Part shown: in pieces, positions 60,491-64,000 of the stretch
Position numbering within the stretch: the first letter of the stretch is position 1
How the letters are laid out: each line of letters begins with the position of its first letter
Origin: Malacoraja senta
Taxonomy: Eukaryota
Direction: 5' to 3'
Length of the DNA stretch: 64,000 bases
Assembly (NCBI GenBank): GCA_038087875.1
Contig: CM075990.1
Location: 14,262,001 to 14,326,000 of the forward strand
The notes under the pieces: model-generated
Told to the model about the DNA's origin: nothing
The model's input: the letters and a program-made list of their open reading frames with translations, nothing else
The model's database searches: none
Program-made: the position numbers and the translations under genes

Positions 60491-61319
60491 CTATTGTGCT
60501 GGAAATGTCTTCAGAGCGAACATTGACTATGCTTGATAATGGAATGCAATCAAATGTGTTTTAATTTCCAATGTTATTATTTGTTTTAATCCATAAAGAT
60601 GGATTAATTAAATTGTGAACACGTGAAACATTAAAACCGCAGTGTTCGATTGTCACTGCTGCCGTTGACACGTTATTACAGAATTCATTTTAACGGCAAA
60701 TCAATGCTCTTAATATGGAATATCAGTACTGTAGTTATTTAATGAGCAACATTCACAACTATATGTACGCATATATGTTACCATGGTAGAGGATTTATTG
60801 ACAGGTTGATCATACGCTGAATAATCCAACCACATTTTTGTTTGGAAGTGGAAAGAACTAATAGAAATTGCATTAATTGCAATGTGTAAAAAGAGTTGAG
60901 ATACTGTCTTATAATTTTGCTGCATGTCATTGTGGGATATATCATGTCTTGATTGGTGAATATGTTTAGTTTGTGACTTTATTTGAAGCAGAAATAATAT
61001 GTGAATGCTTCATTGAGTATAATTCCGACTGGTAACTACGCACTTCGTCCGAGCACATTATTGCACGCGTCATGCAAGCCATCTTAAATGACCACCTAAA
61101 CTGTCATTTGGCAACCTAAAAAGCTGCCTAGGTTGCCCGGCTGGCAACAGGGAAAAAAAGTTAAGCGAGAGCCCTGAATGGGATAGTCGAGGATGGAGTT
61201 AAAGGGAAAGAGAGTAATGGGATGGTTAATGACCCCAGATTTAACGAGAAAGGAAGCTCACAAAGGGATAGGAGAGTATGGCCAAGTGCAATAGGGATCG
61301 ATGTGAAAGGTGAGATGCG

Positions 61320-64000
61320 TAAGGAATTAAAAGTAGTGTATATGAATGCGCGAAGTATAAGAAGTAGATGAGCTTGAGGCTCAGTTCGAGGTTGGTATTA
61401 TGACATTGTGGGGATTACTGGGACGTGGCTGCAGGAGGATCGGGCTTGGGAACTTAATATTCAGGGTTATACATCCTATAGAAAGGACAGGCAGGTGGGC
61501 AGAGGAGGAGGGGTAGCTCTGCTGGTGAGGGATGGAATTCAGTCCCTTGCGAGGGAAGACATAGGGACTGACGAGGTAGAGTCACTGTGGATTGAGTTGA
61601 GGAATTGTAAAGGCAAGAAGACACTAATTGGTGTTATTTACAGGCCCCCAAATAGTAGCTCGGATGTAGGGTGTAAGTTACAGCAGGAGTTAAAACTGGC
61701 ATGTAACAAAGGTAATGCCACTGTGGTGATGGGGGATTTCAATATGCAGGTAGACTGGGAAAATCAGGTTGGTTCAGGACCCCAAGAAATAGTTTGTAGA
61801 ATGCCTCCGAGATGGATTCTTAGAGCAGCTTGTAATGGAGCCGACCAGAGAAAAGGCAATTCTGGATTTAGTGTTGTCCAATGAACCAGATATGATAAGA
61901 GAACTCGAGGTAAAGGAACCGCTTGGAGGTAGTGATCATAATATGATTAGTTTTAATCTGCAATTTGAGAAGGAGAACGTTAAATCGGAAGTAGCAGTGA
62001 TGCAGTTGAACTAAGGGGACTATGAAGGCATGAGAGGGGAGCTGGCCAAAGTAGACTGGAAAGGGATCCTAGCAGGAATGACGGTGGAACAGCAATGGCA
62101 GGAATTTCTGGGCATAATCCGGGAGACGCAGGATCATTTCATTCCAAAAAGGTAGAAAAATTCTATGGGGAGTAGGAGGCAACCGTGGCTGACAAGTTAG
62201 GGATAGAATAAAACTAAAAGAAAAGATGTATAACACAACAAAGAATAGCCGGAAGCCAGAGGATTGGGAAACTTTCATAGAACAGAAGGAAACAAAACGG
62301 GCAATACGGGCTGAAAAGATGAAGTACGAGGGGAAGCTGGCCAGGAATATAAAGAAGGACAATAAAAACTTCTTTAGATATGTTAAGGGAAAAAGTGTAG
62401 CAAAGTCAAATGTGGGTCCCTTGAAGGCAGACACGGGTGAAATTATTATGGGCAACAAGGAAATGGCAGAAGAGTTGAATAGGTACTTTGGATCTGTCTT
62501 CACTAAGGAAGACACCAACAATCTCCCAGATGTATTGGAGGACAGAGGATCTAAGGGGGTTGAGGAACTGAAAGAAAATTTCATTAGGCGAGAAATAGTA
62601 TTGGGTAGGCTAATGGGACTGAAGGATGATAAATCCCCTGGGCCTGATGGTCTGCATCCCAGGTCCTCAGGGAGGTGGCTCGAGAAATAGTGGACACATT
62701 GGTGATCATTTTCCAATGTTCAATAGATTCAGGATCAGTTCCTGTGGATTGGAGGATAGCTAATGTTATCCCACTTTTCAAGAAAGGAGCGAGAGAGAAA
62801 ACAGGGAATTACAGACCAGTTAGCCTGACTTCGGTGGTGGGAAAGATGCTGGAGTCAATTATTAAAGAGGTAATAATGGGGCATTTGGATAGCAGTAAAA
62901 GGATTAGTGATTTATGAAAGGTAAATCATGCTTGACTAATCTTCTGGAATTTTTTGAGGATGTGACAAGTAAAATGGATGAAGGGGTGCCAGTGGATGTA
63001 GTGTATCTAGACTTTCAGAAAGCCTTTAATAAGGTCCCACACGGGAGACTGGTGACTAAAATTAGAGCACATGGTATTGGGGTTCGGGTGTTGACGGATA
63101 GAAAATTGGTTGGCAGACCGGAAGCAAAGAGTAGGAGTGAACGGGTCCTTTTCAGAATGGCAGGCAGTGGCGAGTGGAGTGCCGCAAGGCTCGGTGTTGG
63201 GGCCGCAACTGTTTACCATATATATTAATGATTTGGAAGAGGGAATTAGGAGCAACACTAGCAAGTTTGCGGATGACACAAAGCTGGGTGGCTGTGTGAA
63301 CTGTGAAGAGGATGTTAGGAGGTTGCAGGGTGACCTGGACAGGTTGAGTGAGTGGGCAGATGCGTGGCAGATGCAGTATAATATAGATAAATGTGAGGTT
63401 ATCCACTTTGGCGGCAAAAACAAAGGGGCAGATTATTATCTCAATGGGTTAGGTTAGGTAAGGGGGAGGTACACCGGTCACTGAAAGTTGGCGTGCAGGT
63501 ACAGCAGGCAGTGAAGAAAGCTAATGGAATGTTGGCCTTCATAACAAGAGGATTTCAGTATAGGAGTAAAGAGGTTCTCTGCAGTTGTATAGGGCTCTGG
63601 TGAGACCACATCTGGAGTACTGTGTAGAGTTTTGGTCTCCTAATTTGAGGAAGGACATCCTTGTGATTGAGGCAGTGCAGCGTAGGTTCACGAGATTGAT
63701 CCCTGGGATGGCGGGACTGTCATATGAGGAAAGATTGAAAAGACTAGGCTTGTATTCACTGGAGTTTAGAAGGATGAAGGGGTATCTTATAGAAACATAT
63801 AAAATTATAGAAGGACTGGACAAGCTAGATGCAGGAAAAATGTTCCCAATGTTGGGCGAGTCCAGAACCAGGGGCCACAGTGTTAGAATAAAGGGGAGGT
63901 CATTTAAGACTGAGACGAGTAAAAACATTTTCACCCAGAGAGTTGTGAATTTATGGAATTCCCTGCCCATGAGGGCAGTGGAGGCCAAACCACTGGATGG
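61320..64000 (+). pseudogene. CR1 ORF2 (APE endonuclease + reverse transcriptase), disrupted
   Basis: [62 protein letters not shown] and FADD motifs are spread over several frames with stops. Confidence 0.93.

Larger units (their letters stand above)
58965..61176. mobile_element. Non-autonomous hAT-like DNA transposon with 5-bp TSD
   Basis: Ends CAAGGCTC / GAGCCCTG; TSD AATGG at 58960-58964 and 61177-61181; subterminal GGTTGCCCGG / GGCAAC repeats at both ends; no transposase ORF recognised. Confidence 0.75.
58201..64000 (+). mobile_element. Long CR1 LINE (ORF1 + ORF2) interrupted by a DNA transposon; runs off the window end
   Basis: Esterase ORF1 followed by APE-RT ORF2; GGGGTGTCAAATGG|GATAGTCG is rejoined once 58965-61181 is removed. 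Confidence 0.93.

Overview
Repeat-dominated eukaryotic (vertebrate) DNA. The mix of HE1-like V-SINEs, CR1 LINEs, SacSINE1-like DeuSINEs and Penelope-type repeats points to a cartilaginous fish, probably a skate or ray (inference). I recognise no complete host protein-coding gene. The recognisable ORFs are transposon-derived: L2, CR1 (SGNH-esterase ORF1 and a broken APE-RT ORF2), L1-clade ORF2, Rex1/Babar, Penelope GIY-YIG and Tigger/pogo remnants. Most notable are: (1) about two dozen short Penelope-terminal repeats carrying a minimal hammerhead-ribozyme-like core (CTGAAGA-A-stem II-GAAACGTY), several inserted alone with target-site duplications (TSDs) or as inverted pairs; (2) a ~14 kb hierarchically amplified locus (44.2-57.9 kb) with a young 7-unit tandem array, an internal 35-bp minisatellite and duplicated exon-like modules; (3) a 2.2 kb hAT-like element with a 5-bp TSD and a ~265-bp GC-rich palindrome, splitting a CR1; (4) an AFC-like CORE-SINE sharing its 3' tail with a neighbouring intact L2 fragment; (5) Harbinger-type MITEs; (6) minus-strand exon-like segments, including a possible gene 5' end at 25.8-26.9 kb. 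Family names come from recalled consensus motifs, not database searches, and repeat boundaries without TSDs are approximate.
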